Shown: one piece after another, positions 9,899 to 20,944 of the stretch
Position numbering within the stretch: position 1 is the first letter of the stretch
Layout of the letters: the number at the start of each line of letters is the position of its first letter
Sequence record: DRR378314_1044
Reading direction: 5' to 3' (one strand)
DNA: 64,000 bases
Made by a program: the position numbers and the translations under genes
Notes under the pieces: generated by a model
Database searches by the model: none
What the model saw: only the letters and a program-made list of their open reading frames with translations
What the model was told of the DNA's origin: nothing

Positions 9899-10551
9899 CA
9901 AGCCTCTCCAAGAAGCTGGCGCACATGATCCTCTAGGTCCAATTGACGCAAACGCTTGAGCCGTTCTGTCAATAGGATGCGCCAGAGCCGCTGATAGGCG
10001 ACTTCCAGGTCATCATTCACAATCACATAGTCGTATCGCCGCCAGTGCATGATTTCGCGCTTGGCGTCTTCCATTCGGCGCGCAACGATCTCAGGCGTCG
10101 AACCGGGACGCGCGGCCAGCCTTTGCTCCAGCGCACTGATGCTCGGCGGTAGAATGAAAACCGATACGACGTCGTTCGGCATCTGGTCGTGCAATGCGTC
10201 AGCACCCTGCCAGTCCACATCAAACAAGACGTCTTCGCCTGCTTCCAGTTTGGCGACGGTATCTGCCTTTGGCGTCCCGTAATACTTGTCGAAGACGTGA
10301 GCCCATTCAAGGAATTCGCGGCGCTCAATCATGTCGTGGAACTGATCTACGGACCGGAAGTGATAGTCCTTCCCATCCACCTCTCCTGGCCGTGGCGGTC
10401 TGGTCGTCGCGGAGACAGACAGGTTCACATCTTCAAATTCGTCAATCAGCTTCCTTGCCAGCGTGGTCTTCCCCGCACCTGACGGGCTCGACAGAACCAG
10501 CATCAGCCCTCGGCGTTTGCCGCTATCTTTTGGATGTCCACTATTCGACAT
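9898..10551 (-). CDS. gmk: Guanylate kinase
   Basis: SSPSGAGKTT P-loop, SATTRPPRPGEVDGKDYHF, YYGT. Confidence 0.97.
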   Translation of the reverse strand: MSNSGHPKDSGKRRGLMLVLSSPSGAGKTTLARKLIDEFEDVNLSVSATTRPPRPGEVDGKDYHFRSVDQFHDMIERREFLEWAHVFDKYYGTPKADTVAKLEAGEDVLFDVDWQGADALHDQMPNDVVSVFILPPSISALEQRLAARPGSTPEIVARRMEDAKREIMHWRRYDYVIVNDDLEVAYQRLWRILLTERLKRLRQLDLEDHVRQLLGEA

Positions 10552-11428
10552 TGGCTGCCTGCTCCTTGAACTGGTCAATTGTTCCTTTGAGGCTGAGTCC
10601 AGCATTCGTCAAATCGAGGCTGATGGATTTCGAACACAATGTATTCGCTTCCCGGTTCAACTCCTGCGCCAAAAAGTCCAGTTTGCGGCCGACCGGTGAA
10701 CCGCTGCTCAACAGTACCCGGGCTGACTGAAAATGTGCCTGCAGCCGATCCAGTTCTTCGCGCACGTCAGCTTTTGCCGCAGTGAGTGCGAGTTCTGCAG
10801 CCAACCTGTCGGGGTCGATCTTTTGTTCGGCGCCCAGTTCTTCCAATTGCTTAGAGAGTCGAGCTTTCAAGAGAGCCGGCTGATCCGCTGCGAGCGAAAT
10901 CGCTGAACCTGTCAAAGCAGACATTTCATCGACCAGTTCACCCAGCATCGACGCCAAAGACACACCTTCGGCATGCCGCGCGACTTCCAGTTCCTTGATC
11001 ACCTGCTCTGCCGAATTTAGCAGCAAAGACATGGCCCCTTCATCCGCGGCCACATCTCGCAAGCTCGTAGATCCGGTTTCCACCACACCCTTCATCGTCA
11101 TAAGCGTCGCAATCGCTTCACTCGACAGCGCTCCGCCATGAGCGCGCTCTGCGGCGTCTTTCAGCGACGACAGCAGTGCCTCATCGATTGCGGCACCGCC
11201 TGCCTGATCACTCAATTCAATTCGCAAGGACACCTGTAAGGATCCGCGATTGAACGCCTTGCTTGCGATAGCTTTGACAGCTCTATCCAGGCCGTCAAAT
11301 CCTGGAGGCGTGTTTACCCGGACATCCAGTCCACGCCCGTTCACGCTTTTGGCTTCCCAGGCCCAAGCCCCCCAATCGGCTTCGCCCGCCACTCGGGCAA
11401 AGCCGGTCATCCCCGACAATACGCTCAT
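10541..11428 (-). CDS. yicC: YicC/YloC family endoribonuclease
   Basis: SGMTGF, KSVNGRGLD, GRKLDFLAQELNREANT, KEQAANVE. Confidence 0.95.
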   Translation of the reverse strand: MSVLSGMTGFARVAGEADWGAWAWEAKSVNGRGLDVRVNTPPGFDGLDRAVKAIASKAFNRGSLQVSLRIELSDQAGGAAIDEALLSSLKDAAERAHGGALSSEAIATLMTMKGVVETGSTSLRDVAADEGAMSLLLNSAEQVIKELEVARHAEGVSLASMLGELVDEMSALTGSAISLAADQPALLKARLSKQLEELGAEQKIDPDRLAAELALTAAKADVREELDRLQAHFQSARVLLSSGSPVGRKLDFLAQELNREANTLCSKSISLDLTNAGLSLKGTIDQFKEQAANVE

Positions 11429-12453
11429 TCCCCAGCGCGCTCCCTCTGAATCTCTTCCCGCTCATATTTTCGATACGCCGCGACGTTTCGATTGTGTTCG
11501 GCGAGCGTCTTGGCAAATAAATGCCCACCCTTGCCATCTGCCACAAAGAATATGTGGCCCGTCTCATCCGGATTGAGGACCGCAGCAATTGCCTCACGTC
11601 CCGGATTGCAGATTGGCGTCTTTGGCAGTCCATCTATTTGGTAGGTGTTCCAGTCTGTCTTGCGGTCAATTTCTGAGCGATAGAGCGTGCGCCGCTGGCC
11701 ACGCTTGTTGTAGAGCGGCTCGCCTTTTGAGATGCCATAAATGATTGTTGGATCACTCTCCAACCGCATCCCGCGCTTGAGCCGCGTAACAAACAGGCCT
11801 GCAATCTTCGCGCGTTCTCCCGAAACGCCAGTTTCTTTCTCGACAATGGATGCAAGAATTACTGCGTCCTCCGGGCTCGCAATCGGTAGATCCTCGGCCC
11901 TGCCGGCCCAAAGCTCTTCCAATACTGCAGACTGCGCCTTCTGCATGCGTTCAACCAGCTGCATTCGCGTCGTGCCGCGCTGGAAAAGATACGTGTCAGG
12001 CAGCAATGAGCCCTCTGGCACCTCTGTCTCAGGCATCGCGCCAGTGAGAATGGGATCTGTCTCAATAATCTTGAGCAATTGCGCAGTCGTTCGACCTTCC
12101 GGCAATGTGATCTTGTGCAACACAGATTTGCCTTCGATCAGCACGTCCATGACTGACACGATGCTTGCCTGAGGCTCAAGTATGAATTCGCCGGTCTTGA
12201 TGGCGAGTTCGGTACCGTCCAGTCGCGCTTTAAGCCTGATCAACCGATCATCGCTGACTATGCCTTCCTGTTCCAATCGTACCGCGACGCTAGAAAGGGT
12301 TTCGCCTGGCGCCACGACAAAGACATGTTCTTGTGTCGACGGCCCGGCTTTCGTGATTTCATTCTGAAACCAGAGCCAGCCACCCCCCAGCGCGGCACCG
12401 CCCACGAAGAGGAGCAACACCAGCAACGAAAGCAGTGCTTTGACAAATTTCAT
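11425..12453 (-). CDS. mltG: Endolytic transglycosylase MltG
   Basis: N-terminal TM, PEGSLLPDTY, LASIVEKET, LESDPT, GLPKTPICNPG. Confidence 0.95.
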   Translation of the reverse strand: MKFVKALLSLLVLLLFVGGAALGGGWLWFQNEITKAGPSTQEHVFVVAPGETLSSVAVRLEQEGIVSDDRLIRLKARLDGTELAIKTGEFILEPQASIVSVMDVLIEGKSVLHKITLPEGRTTAQLLKIIETDPILTGAMPETEVPEGSLLPDTYLFQRGTTRMQLVERMQKAQSAVLEELWAGRAEDLPIASPEDAVILASIVEKETGVSGERAKIAGLFVTRLKRGMRLESDPTIIYGISKGEPLYNKRGQRRTLYRSEIDRKTDWNTYQIDGLPKTPICNPGREAIAAVLNPDETGHIFFVADGKGGHLFAKTLAEHNRNVAAYRKYEREEIQRERAGE

Positions 12454-12515
12454 GAACGCCTCGCGAATCCTGACTGTGCCAGCCTATATGCCAACCCCAG
12501 CCCGGAGAAACAGGC

Positions 12516-13802
12516 TTACTGAACTTCCTTGAGAACCAGCGAAGCGTTCGTCCCACCAAATCCGAAACTATTGGACATGGCGGCGCGTACGCGTCCCTTC
12601 TTCGCCTTATGCGGGATAAGGTTGAGTACTGTTTCGAAGCTCGGATTGTCGAGGTTCAAGGTGGGCGGCATGACCTGATCGCGAATAGCAAGCGCGCAGA
12701 ACGCCGTCTCGATCGCGCCAGCAGCGCCCAGCAAATGCCCAACCGCGGATTTCGTGGAAGACATGGACATGTTCTTGGCGTGATCGCCAAAGGCGCGTTC
12801 GACTGCGCCCGCCTCTCCCTCGTCGCCCTTGGGCGTCGACGTGCCGTGTGCATTCACATAATCGATTTCAGTCGGGTCGATCCCGGAATTCTTCAGCGCC
12901 ATCTTCATGGCCCGATACCCGCCTTCCGCACCTTCGGCCGGGGCCGTGATGTGATAGGCGTCGCCGGTCAGGCCGTAGCCGGAGACTTCAGCGTAAATCT
13001 TCGCACCGCGCGCTTTGGCGTGCTCGTACTCTTCGAGCACCACTACGGCAGCGCCTTCGCCCATGACAAAGCCATCGCGATCCTTGTCATAAGGCCGCGA
13101 AGCCTTTTCAGGCGTATCATTAAAATTCGTGGACATGGCTTTTGCCGCGCAGAAACCTGCAATTCCAATTCGCCCGATCACCGCCTCGGAACCACCTGCG
13201 ACCATGACATCGGCGTCGCCGAACTTGATCAGTCTCGCAGAGTCACCGATGGCGTGTGCACCCGTAGCACAGGCTGTCACCACAGAATGGTTTGGCCCTT
13301 TGAACTTGTGCCGGATAGATACCTGACCGGAAGCCAGATTGATCAGGGCAGAGGGGATGAAGAACGGGCTCACCTTGCGCGGCCCGTTCTCGTGAAGCGT
13401 GATTGCTGTACTGTAGATCGACTCAAGGCCACCAATACCGGATCCGATCAAAACGCCTGTGCGCTCCTGACCTTCATCATCCTCAGGTTTCCAAGCCGCA
13501 TCTTCAACGGCCTCATCGGCTGCAGCAATAGCGTAAAGAATAAACTCGTCGATCCGGCGTATCTCCTTCGGAGACAGGTATTTATCCGGATCAAACGCGT
13601 TGGGGTCCCCCTCGCCGCCACCGCGACCTGTTACCCACGGAACCTGAAACGCGATCTTGCACGGCATGTCTTCTGGATCGAACGTATCAATACGCCCTGC
13701 TCCAGACTTGCCCTCAATCAGGCGTTCCCAAGTTGCCTCGCGACCATTGGCCAACGGCGAGACAATCCCGATTCCGGTAATAACAACGCGGCGGTCTGAC
13801 AT
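12516..13802 (-). CDS. fabF: 3-oxoacyl-ACP synthase II
   Basis: VVTACATG, NAHGTST, GHLLGAAG, SNSFGFGGTN. Confidence 0.97.
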   Translation of the reverse strand: MSDRRVVITGIGIVSPLANGREATWERLIEGKSGAGRIDTFDPEDMPCKIAFQVPWVTGRGGGEGDPNAFDPDKYLSPKEIRRIDEFILYAIAAADEAVEDAAWKPEDDEGQERTGVLIGSGIGGLESIYSTAITLHENGPRKVSPFFIPSALINLASGQVSIRHKFKGPNHSVVTACATGAHAIGDSARLIKFGDADVMVAGGSEAVIGRIGIAGFCAAKAMSTNFNDTPEKASRPYDKDRDGFVMGEGAAVVVLEEYEHAKARGAKIYAEVSGYGLTGDAYHITAPAEGAEGGYRAMKMALKNSGIDPTEIDYVNAHGTSTPKGDEGEAGAVERAFGDHAKNMSMSSTKSAVGHLLGAAGAIETAFCALAIRDQVMPPTLNLDNPSFETVLNLIPHKAKKGRVRAAMSNSFGFGGTNASLVLKEVQ

Positions 13803-13816
13803 AGAGTACCCGAAAC

Positions 13817-14050
13817 TTAGATGTGAGCCTTGATGTGCGTTACCGCATCACCAACCGTGCGGATGGATTCCTGCACGTCATCCGGAATTTCGATGTTGAA
13901 CTCTTCCTCGAAGGCCATGACCAGTTCGACCAGGTCCAGCGAGTCAGCGCCCAGATCATCGATGAAGCTTGCGCTTTCGACGACTTTGTCACCATCCACG
14001 TCGAGATTATCGACAACAATTTTTTTAACGCGTTCTAGAACGTCAGACAT
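13817..14050 (-). CDS. acpP: Acyl carrier protein
   Basis: [20 protein letters not shown]. Confidence 0.98.
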   Translation of the reverse strand: MSDVLERVKKIVVDNLDVDGDKVVESASFIDDLGADSLDLVELVMAFEEEFNIEIPDDVQESIRTVGDAVTHIKAHI

Positions 14051-14164
14051 GAGTACCTCTCTGAAAATGCCTGAGGACTGGCCCAGATTCGAACCATTGT
14101 GTTGCGCCTAGCATACACTTGGGACGAGCGCCAAGTCCTATGAGTGGAGCTTGCTGTTGTGAAA

Positions 14165-14902
14165 TCAGATCATTGCCATGCCACCATTCACATGGATCGT
14201 CTGTCCCGTGACGTAGGCGGCTTGATCTGACGCGAGATAAACGGCGGCGGCAGCGATGTCAGAGCCCTGCCCCAACCGACCTGCTGGAATTTGGCCCAGG
14301 AGCGCCTCTTTCTGCTTTTCCGGCAACACATCCGTCATAGGGGATTCGATAAATCCCGGTGCGATTGTGTTGGCAGTAATGCCGCGACTGGCAACTTCCT
14401 GCGCGAGCGATTTGGTAAATCCGATCATCCCGGCCTTGGACGCGCAATAATTGGATTGCCCCGGGTTTCCGGTCACACCTACAATTGACGTGATCCCGAT
14501 AATCCGACCATGACGGCGCTTCATCATGCCTCGCACACAACTCTTGGTGAGCCGGAAATAGCTGCCCAGATTGACCGAAAGGACATCGTTCCAGTCATCA
14601 TCTTTCATCTGCATCAGCAGCTTGTCGCGCGTTATGCCGGCGTTGGCGACCAGTATGTCGAGCGGCCCGATCGCTTCTTCCGTCTTCCCAACCAGCCCAT
14701 CAACAGAATCAGCGTCTGAAAGATTACATGGAACAATGGCCGTCTCGCCCTTCAGCGTACCAGCGACCTCTTCCAGCACATTCTCGCGTGTGCCGGACAG
14801 CGCCACCTTCGCGCCTGCCTCTGACAATGCCTGAGCGATGGCCCGGCCGATGCCGCCTGATGCGCCGGTTACAAGGGCCGTACGCCCGGTCAGATCAAAC
14901 AT
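14165..14902 (-). CDS. fabG: 3-oxoacyl-ACP reductase
   Basis: TGASGGIG, NAGITRD, YCASK; fab operon context. Confidence 0.96.
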   Translation of the reverse strand: MFDLTGRTALVTGASGGIGRAIAQALSEAGAKVALSGTRENVLEEVAGTLKGETAIVPCNLSDADSVDGLVGKTEEAIGPLDILVANAGITRDKLLMQMKDDDWNDVLSVNLGSYFRLTKSCVRGMMKRRHGRIIGITSIVGVTGNPGQSNYCASKAGMIGFTKSLAQEVASRGITANTIAPGFIESPMTDVLPEKQKEALLGQIPAGRLGQGSDIAAAAVYLASDQAAYVTGQTIHVNGGMAMI

Positions 14903-14908
14903 TCTACC

Positions 14909-15859
14909 TTATCCCTTCATTGCTTCTGCAAAGGCTTCCAGATCCTCTGGGGTGCCGAGCGTGAAACCATTCAGCGCCTTTTCAATGCGGCGCTGCATGA
15001 CCGTCAGAACCTTGCCATTGCCTGCTTCGCCGGTTGCTTCAACTCCCTGAGCCACCATGAATTGCACACTTTCGGTCCAGCGCACACGTCCTGTGACCTG
15101 CGATATCAGGTTTTTACGAATAATTTCAGGGTCGTTCACTGCACTGGCAGACACATTTGCTACAAGCTCAGTCGCAGGGCTGGAAATCGCAACATCTGCA
15201 AGGGCTTCCGCCATTGCATCAGCGGCGGGTTGCATCAGCGAGCAATGGAACGGTGCTGAAACGTTCAGCAGCATCGCTTTTTTGACGCCATTGTCTTTCG
15301 CATGAGCGCAGGCCGCTTCCACCGCGTCCTTCCTGCCAGAAATGACCAACTGTCCGGGTGCATTGTCATTGGCGATGTCACACGCCCCCCCGGTTTCGCG
15401 TCCGGCTGCGCAAGCTGCTTCAGCCTGGTCGATGTCAGCCCCGAGCAGCGCTGCCATCGCGCCTTCACCCGGTTGAACTGCCGCCTGCATCGCGTTGCCA
15501 CGAATGCGCAACAGTTTAGCCGTGTCAGACAAGCCAATCGAACCTGCCGCAGCCAACGCGGAATATTCACCGAGCGAGTGACCGGCAACATAGGCCGCAT
15601 CTTTCGCCGACAGACCAAATTCACTCTCCAGCGCACGCGCCGCTGCAACACTATGGGCCATCAAGGCAGGTTGCGTATTCGCTGTCAGCGTCAACTCTTC
15701 AATATCTCCTGCCCACATCAGTTTTGACAGGTCCTGGCCAAGGGCTTCGTCTACCTCGGTAAACACGTCCCGCGCGGACTGAAACGCATCCGCCAGTGCC
15801 TTACCCATTCCGATTTCCTGGCTCCCTTGCCCAGGAAAGATCAGCGCAAACTTTTTCAT
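14909..15859 (-). CDS. fabD: Malonyl-CoA:ACP transacylase
   Basis: [19 protein letters not shown]; start MKKFAL. Confidence 0.97.
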   Translation of the reverse strand: MKKFALIFPGQGSQEIGMGKALADAFQSARDVFTEVDEALGQDLSKLMWAGDIEELTLTANTQPALMAHSVAAARALESEFGLSAKDAAYVAGHSLGEYSALAAAGSIGLSDTAKLLRIRGNAMQAAVQPGEGAMAALLGADIDQAEAACAAGRETGGACDIANDNAPGQLVISGRKDAVEAACAHAKDNGVKKAMLLNVSAPFHCSLMQPAADAMAEALADVAISSPATELVANVSASAVNDPEIIRKNLISQVTGRVRWTESVQFMVAQGVEATGEAGNGKVLTVMQRRIEKALNGFTLGTPEDLEAFAEAMKG

Positions 15860-16067
15860 GTCAGTATTCTCCAGATTGCGCCCGTGGTTAAAGGTGACCG
15901 CGAATGTAAGCAAGCGCTTGAAAAACAGGCGCAAATGCGCTTTACACCCGCCTTCACTCGCAGGCATGCGGCCCTTGGTAATCTGGAATGAGCCAGATGA
16001 AGGGGGGCCATCGTCAGGCAGTTTCCCGCTGTCCGGCGCCGCATGGCTCTACTATGGGACTGAAAAT

Positions 16068-16406
16068 ATGGCATTTTATGAGCATGTCGTGATCACACGG
16101 CCTGACATTTCGCCTGCTCAAGTCGAGACATTCGTCGAAGAACTGAGCGGCTTCCTCAAGGAAAAAGGCGCAAAAGTTGGCAAGACCGAGTACTGGGGTC
16201 TGCGCAACCTTGCCTATCCGATCAAGAAACAACGCAAGGGCCACTACTCCCTTCTGAACATCGACGGCCCTGCCGACGCGGTTCACGAGCTGGAGCGCCG
16301 CCTGCGCATCTCTGACGACGTCATGCGTTACATGACCATTCGCGTCGAAGAACTGAGCGAAGAGCCATCACCGGTTCTTTCTCGCAAAGACCGCCGTCGC
16401 GACTAG
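16068..16406 (+). CDS. rpsF: 30S ribosomal protein S6
   Basis: [33 protein letters not shown]. Confidence 0.97.
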   Translation: MAFYEHVVITRPDISPAQVETFVEELSGFLKEKGAKVGKTEYWGLRNLAYPIKKQRKGHYSLLNIDGPADAVHELERRLRISDDVMRYMTIRVEELSEEPSPVLSRKDRRRD

Positions 16407-16421
16407 GGAAGGACACTCGAA

Positions 16422-16679
16422 ATGGCTCAGAAACTGAACATCACGAATATCCCTGCCCGCCGCCCGTTCGGTCGTCGCCGCAAGGTCGACCCATTCACCG
16501 GTCAGAACGCGCAGGTCATCGACTACAAGGACGTGAAACTGCTGCAGCGCTACATCTCTGAAAAAGGGAAAATCGTGCCTAGCCGCATCACGGCCGTAAA
16601 CCTCAAGAACCAGCGCAAGCTTGCTCAGGCGATTAAACGCGCCCGCATGCTGGCCCTGCTTCCGTTCGAAGTGAAGTAA
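16422..16679 (+). CDS. rpsR: 30S ribosomal protein S18
   Basis: [38 protein letters not shown]. Confidence 0.98.
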   Translation: MAQKLNITNIPARRPFGRRRKVDPFTGQNAQVIDYKDVKLLQRYISEKGKIVPSRITAVNLKNQRKLAQAIKRARMLALLPFEVK

Positions 16680-16691
16680 GGAGACACCGAC

Positions 16692-17279
16692 ATGCAAGTG
16701 ATCCTACTTGAACGTATCGAACGCCTCGGCACGATCGGCGACGAAGTCAACGTAAAGAACGGCTTCGCCCGTAACTTCCTGATCCCGCAAGGCAAGGCCC
16801 TGCTGGCCAATGATCGTAATCGCGCCCGCTTCGAAGCGGAACGTGAAGCCATTGAGACCCGCAACGCTGAAGCTCGCTCGAAAGCCGAGTCCGAAGGCAG
16901 CACGCTCGATGGCATGATCTTCACCCTGATCCGTCAGGCAGGCGACACGGGACAGCTCTACGGTTCGGTTACCGCACGCGACGTGGCCGATGCTGCTGAA
17001 GCTGCCGGCCACAAGATCCCGCGTTCTGGCGTTCGCCTGAACCGTCCTATCAAGGCTATCGGCATCTATGACGTTGCGATCCGCCTGCACGCGGAAGTGA
17101 CCATCACAGTTCAGGCAAACGTTGCCCGCTCGACCGAAGAGGCTGAGCGTCAGGCTGCTGGCGAAGACATTGTTGCTTCCCTGCAGGCCGCCAACATGGA
17201 ACTCGCTCAAGAGCAGGCAGGCGAACTCGCTGAAGCTGCTGCAGAGCGCGCAGAAGCTGGCGGCGAAGACGAAGAATAA
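16692..17279 (+). CDS. rplI: 50S ribosomal protein L9
   Basis: MQVILLE..LG..GD.V.VKNGFARNFLIPQGKA, LYGSV. Confidence 0.98.
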   Translation: MQVILLERIERLGTIGDEVNVKNGFARNFLIPQGKALLANDRNRARFEAEREAIETRNAEARSKAESEGSTLDGMIFTLIRQAGDTGQLYGSVTARDVADAAEAAGHKIPRSGVRLNRPIKAIGIYDVAIRLHAEVTITVQANVARSTEEAERQAAGEDIVASLQAANMELAQEQAGELAEAAAERAEAGGEDEE

Positions 17280-17302
17280 TCTTCAGCTTTCGCACAAAAT
17301 TG

Positions 17303-17336
17303 AAGGCCGCAGCTTTTCACAGCTGCGGCCTTTTTT
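17303..17336 (+). terminator. Rho-independent terminator after rplI
   Basis: AAGGCCGCAGCT-TTTCAC-AGCTGCGGCCTT-TTTT. Confidence 0.9.
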
Positions 17337-17414
17337 GTGGACGACGTGTGAATTGCGCAGTCAGCAGCGCAACAAGTCCGTGAATTCACCTCTCGGCTGA
17401 GGTAAAAGACTCGG

Positions 17415-18908
17415 ATGCCACTTGATGACGCCCCCGCCGCCACGATCACTCCACCACACAATTTGTCGGCTGAGGCAGCTGTGCTGGGCGCGATTCTGTT
17501 TGACAACAACGCGTATCAACGTGTTGCCGATATCCTCCGGCCGTCTGACTTCTATGCACCTGCCCATCAGGAACTGTTCGACGTTTCAGCCACAATGATC
17601 CAGCAGGGCCGGATCGCTGACGGCGTCACTCTTCGAGAGCATTTCGAAAAGGCCGAAAAGCTCACAGAGATTGGCGGGGCCCGTTATCTCGAGCAATTGC
17701 TGGATTCCGCCGCATTCGGCCCTGAAGTTGGCGACTATGCGCGCATGATCCGCGACCTCGCGATGCGACGTACACTGGTCGGCATCGGTAGCGAACTCCA
17801 AGGCCGCGCTCTTAACCCGACGCCTGAAGAAAGCGGTGAGCGACAAATCGAACTCGCCGAACGTCAATTGTTCGATCTGGCAGAGCGTGGATCTTCGGGA
17901 CGAGGCTTTAGTTCGTTTTCCGAAGCACTGACCGAGTCGCTGAAAAACGCCGAAGCCGCTTTCAAGCGCGAAGGAAAGATCGCGGGTATTCCAACCGTAT
18001 TGCGCGATCTCGACGAAAAGCTTGGTGGTTTGCATCGCTCAGACCTGATCATTCTGGCTGGTCGTCCGTCGATGGGGAAAACATCGCTGGCGACAAACAT
18101 CGCCTACAACGCGGCGGCAGCCTATCGCGCTGAGGTGCAGGACGATGGCTCCAAGAAAACTGTCGACGGCGCTATTGTCGGGTTCTTCTCGCTGGAGATG
18201 TCGAACGAACAATTGGCGACACGGATCATCGCCGAACGAACCGGCATCACGACGCACCGCATTCGCCAAGGTGACTTGGACAAGAGCGACTTTGAGCGAC
18301 TTCGCGAGGCAACGGAAGAACTGCAGAATTTGCCGCTTTACATCGACGACACGGGCGGCATCTCGATCAGCCAGTTGGCTGCGCGCGCGCGTCGCCTGCA
18401 ACGGTCTGTCGGCCTGGACATGATTGTGATCGACTATTTGCAGCTGATCACCGTCACGAGCGGAAACTCAAACGCGAACCGCGTGCAGGAAATTACCCAG
18501 ATCACAACATCCTTGAAGGCCCTCGCCAAGGATTTGAACGTTCCAATCATTGCGCTGTCACAGCTGTCTCGCGCCGTTGAGCAGCGGGATGACAAACGTC
18601 CGCAGCTCTCAGACCTTCGGGAATCAGGCTCGATCGAGCAAGACGCCGACGTGGTTCTGTTCGTCTATCGGGAAGAGTATTATCTCTCCCGTACTGAGCC
18701 AGGCGCAGACCCGAATGATCCGGCGTCCAATGAAAAATGGAGCCAATGGCGCCAGCGGATGGACCAGGTTTACGGCAAGGCTGAAGTCATTATCGGCAAG
18801 CAGCGCCACGGCCCCATTGGCCGGGTCGAACTCGCCTTCGACTCGAATGTCACACGCTTTGGCGATCTGTCTCACGATCAGCAGGGATATGGCGCAGACT
18901 TCGAATAG
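17415..18908 (+). CDS. dnaB: Replicative DNA helicase
   Basis: PPHN..AE, AGRPSMGKT, IDYLQL, LSQLSR, SDLRESGSIEQDAD, KQRHGP; no intein. Confidence 0.98.
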   Translation: MPLDDAPAATITPPHNLSAEAAVLGAILFDNNAYQRVADILRPSDFYAPAHQELFDVSATMIQQGRIADGVTLREHFEKAEKLTEIGGARYLEQLLDSAAFGPEVGDYARMIRDLAMRRTLVGIGSELQGRALNPTPEESGERQIELAERQLFDLAERGSSGRGFSSFSEALTESLKNAEAAFKREGKIAGIPTVLRDLDEKLGGLHRSDLIILAGRPSMGKTSLATNIAYNAAAAYRAEVQDDGSKKTVDGAIVGFFSLEMSNEQLATRIIAERTGITTHRIRQGDLDKSDFERLREATEELQNLPLYIDDTGGISISQLAARARRLQRSVGLDMIVIDYLQLITVTSGNSNANRVQEITQITTSLKALAKDLNVPIIALSQLSRAVEQRDDKRPQLSDLRESGSIEQDADVVLFVYREEYYLSRTEPGADPNDPASNEKWSQWRQRMDQVYGKAEVIIGKQRHGPIGRVELAFDSNVTRFGDLSHDQQGYGADFE

Positions 18909-18910
18909 TC

Positions 18911-19879
18911 TCAGAGCTTGGCGAGCCAACTCAGCAGACGTTCACTGACCTCCACTGGCCGCTCTTGCTGCGTCCAGTGTCCGCATCCATCGAGCAACTC
19001 CGCCCCTCTGAGGTCGGCGAGGCTTTCCTTCATCGCGGCGATCATGTCACCGGGAAACATCTTCAAGACAAGATCCTCAGTTCCGCCGATATACAAGGAG
19101 GGCTGGCCGATGATCGGAGAAGAGGGATGAGCCGACAGATATGCATGGTCTCGGTGCCAATTGCGATATCGGTTAAGAGGCCCCCGGAATCCTGACTTGC
19201 GGAACTGGGCATCATAGTAGGCCACGTCTTCCTCCGATAACCACGGAAGCGGCATGTCCGGCTCCGGAAGGCGGTGAAGCAACGTGTCGCCGTGCTTCTT
19301 GTCGATGGGCCACGTCCCTGCTGGCGCGTCGCCCGAAATCGCATAATAGAATTTACGGATCGTCTCCGCCGGGTCCGCTTCGAGTTCGGCCTCAGGTGGC
19401 CCTTCGTCTTGGAAGTATATCTGATAAAAAAACAGTCCACGATCCGTGAACAAGGCACGTGCTGCGTCTATGAATACCACGTCGCCTGGCGGAATGTAGG
19501 GCACAGACAGACCCGCAACTGCCCTGAACTTTCCGGCGTGGAGGCGTGCGGTATTCCACGCGATCGGCGCGCCCCAATCGTGCCCTACCACAACAGCGGG
19601 ATCATTCGGGGACAAAGCATCCACAAGACCTGCAATGTCGCCAGTCAGGCTCTCCATGTCGTAGGCTTCTACGGCATGGGGGCGGTCGGACTCTCCATAA
19701 CCACGAACATCGAGCGCTGCCACACGGTAGCCCGCTATTGACAGCGCCTCGATCTGGTGACGCCAAGAATACCAGCTTTCAGGAAAGCCGTGAACGAGAA
19801 TGACGAGCGGCCCATCACCAGCGAGCGCGACGCGGAGCCGGATACCGTTGGTCTCTATCAGTCTCAGTTCTGGTGTCAT
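18911..19879 (-). CDS. Alpha/beta epoxide hydrolase-like protein
   Basis: HGFPE, GHDWG, GCGHWTQQE. Confidence 0.9.
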   Translation of the reverse strand: MTPELRLIETNGIRLRVALAGDGPLVILVHGFPESWYSWRHQIEALSIAGYRVAALDVRGYGESDRPHAVEAYDMESLTGDIAGLVDALSPNDPAVVVGHDWGAPIAWNTARLHAGKFRAVAGLSVPYIPPGDVVFIDAARALFTDRGLFFYQIYFQDEGPPEAELEADPAETIRKFYYAISGDAPAGTWPIDKKHGDTLLHRLPEPDMPLPWLSEEDVAYYDAQFRKSGFRGPLNRYRNWHRDHAYLSAHPSSPIIGQPSLYIGGTEDLVLKMFPGDMIAAMKESLADLRGAELLDGCGHWTQQERPVEVSERLLSWLAKL

Positions 19880-19885
19880 CGCGAC

Positions 19886-20797
19886 TCAATCCTTGTCGCC
19901 GATCCATTTGAATTCGGGCTCATTCCACCAAGGATAAAAATTCGGCATGCCGTCGGACACCTTCACAGGATAGACCGGCTTTCGCTTCTCCAAGAAGCTC
20001 ATCACACCCTCCTTTGCGTCTTCCGTCTTCCCTCGAGAGTAGATGGCAGCGGAGTCAACGATGTGAGCCTCCATCGGATGGCTGGCGCCGAGCATTCGCC
20101 ACATCATCTGGCGTGTGAGAGACGTTGAGACAGCCGCAGTATTGTCGGCAATCTCACGTGCCATTGCACGCGCGACATCCATCAATTCTGTCTGCGGATG
20201 AACTGAGCGAACCAATCCGCCCTCCATCGCTTCCTGAGCGGGAAAGACGCGTCCAGAATAGCACCATTCAAGGGCCTGCGAAATTCCCACAAGGCGCGGC
20301 AAGAACCAGCTGGACGCAGCCTCCGGGTTAATGCCCCGACGATTGAATACGAAGCCGAACCGGGCATTGTCGGCCGCGATCCGAATGTCCATCGGCAATT
20401 GCATCGTAACCCCGATGCCCACTGCCGCGCCATTGATGGCACCAATCACCGGTTTCAGGCTGTCGAAGATACGCAACGTCACACGCCCGCCGCCATCACG
20501 CTGGATGTCTACATCTTCGGTGCGGCCGGCCTCTCCATCTTCAGCCCGCTTGTCGTAGTCAAATGTCTTGGCTCCTTCGGACAGGTCCGCGCCAGCACAA
20601 AACGCTCGGTCGCCCGAACCCGTCACGATTACGGCGCGAACACTGTCATCCGCATCGGTGATGTCGAACGCCTCGATCAATTCGTACATCATTCTGCCCG
20701 TGAAAGCGTTCATCTTGTCGGGCCGGTTCAGGGTGAGCGTCGCGATTCCATCCTCGATGTCTAGAATGATCTGCTCAAATTGCTTCGGCTGCGCCAT
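19886..20797 (-). CDS. Crotonase/enoyl-CoA hydratase family protein
   Basis: NRPDKMNAF, AFCAGADL, AINGAAVG. Confidence 0.9.
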   Translation of the reverse strand: MAQPKQFEQIILDIEDGIATLTLNRPDKMNAFTGRMMYELIEAFDITDADDSVRAVIVTGSGDRAFCAGADLSEGAKTFDYDKRAEDGEAGRTEDVDIQRDGGGRVTLRIFDSLKPVIGAINGAAVGIGVTMQLPMDIRIAADNARFGFVFNRRGINPEAASSWFLPRLVGISQALEWCYSGRVFPAQEAMEGGLVRSVHPQTELMDVARAMAREIADNTAAVSTSLTRQMMWRMLGASHPMEAHIVDSAAIYSRGKTEDAKEGVMSFLEKRKPVYPVKVSDGMPNFYPWWNEPEFKWIGDKD

Positions 20798-20944
20798 GGC
20801 TGGACTCCCTTTGCTGTTTTTCCGCGCCAAGCTGCCCGCGCCTCAGCATTCGTCAAGACTTACCCGGCGGCACACAGGCTTGCGCTTGACGGAACGCAAG
20901 GCTCAGCCGGATAGTCTTATCCATTCAGTTAAAGGGATTCCGAG

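Noticed and set aside
12609-13799. 396-aa antisense ORF over fabF (likewise 3437-4564 and 6454-7359)
   Set aside because: Mirror-frame artefacts fully overlapping well-supported genes
17415-18908. Intein in DnaB
   Set aside because: Length (497 aa) and motif spacing are normal
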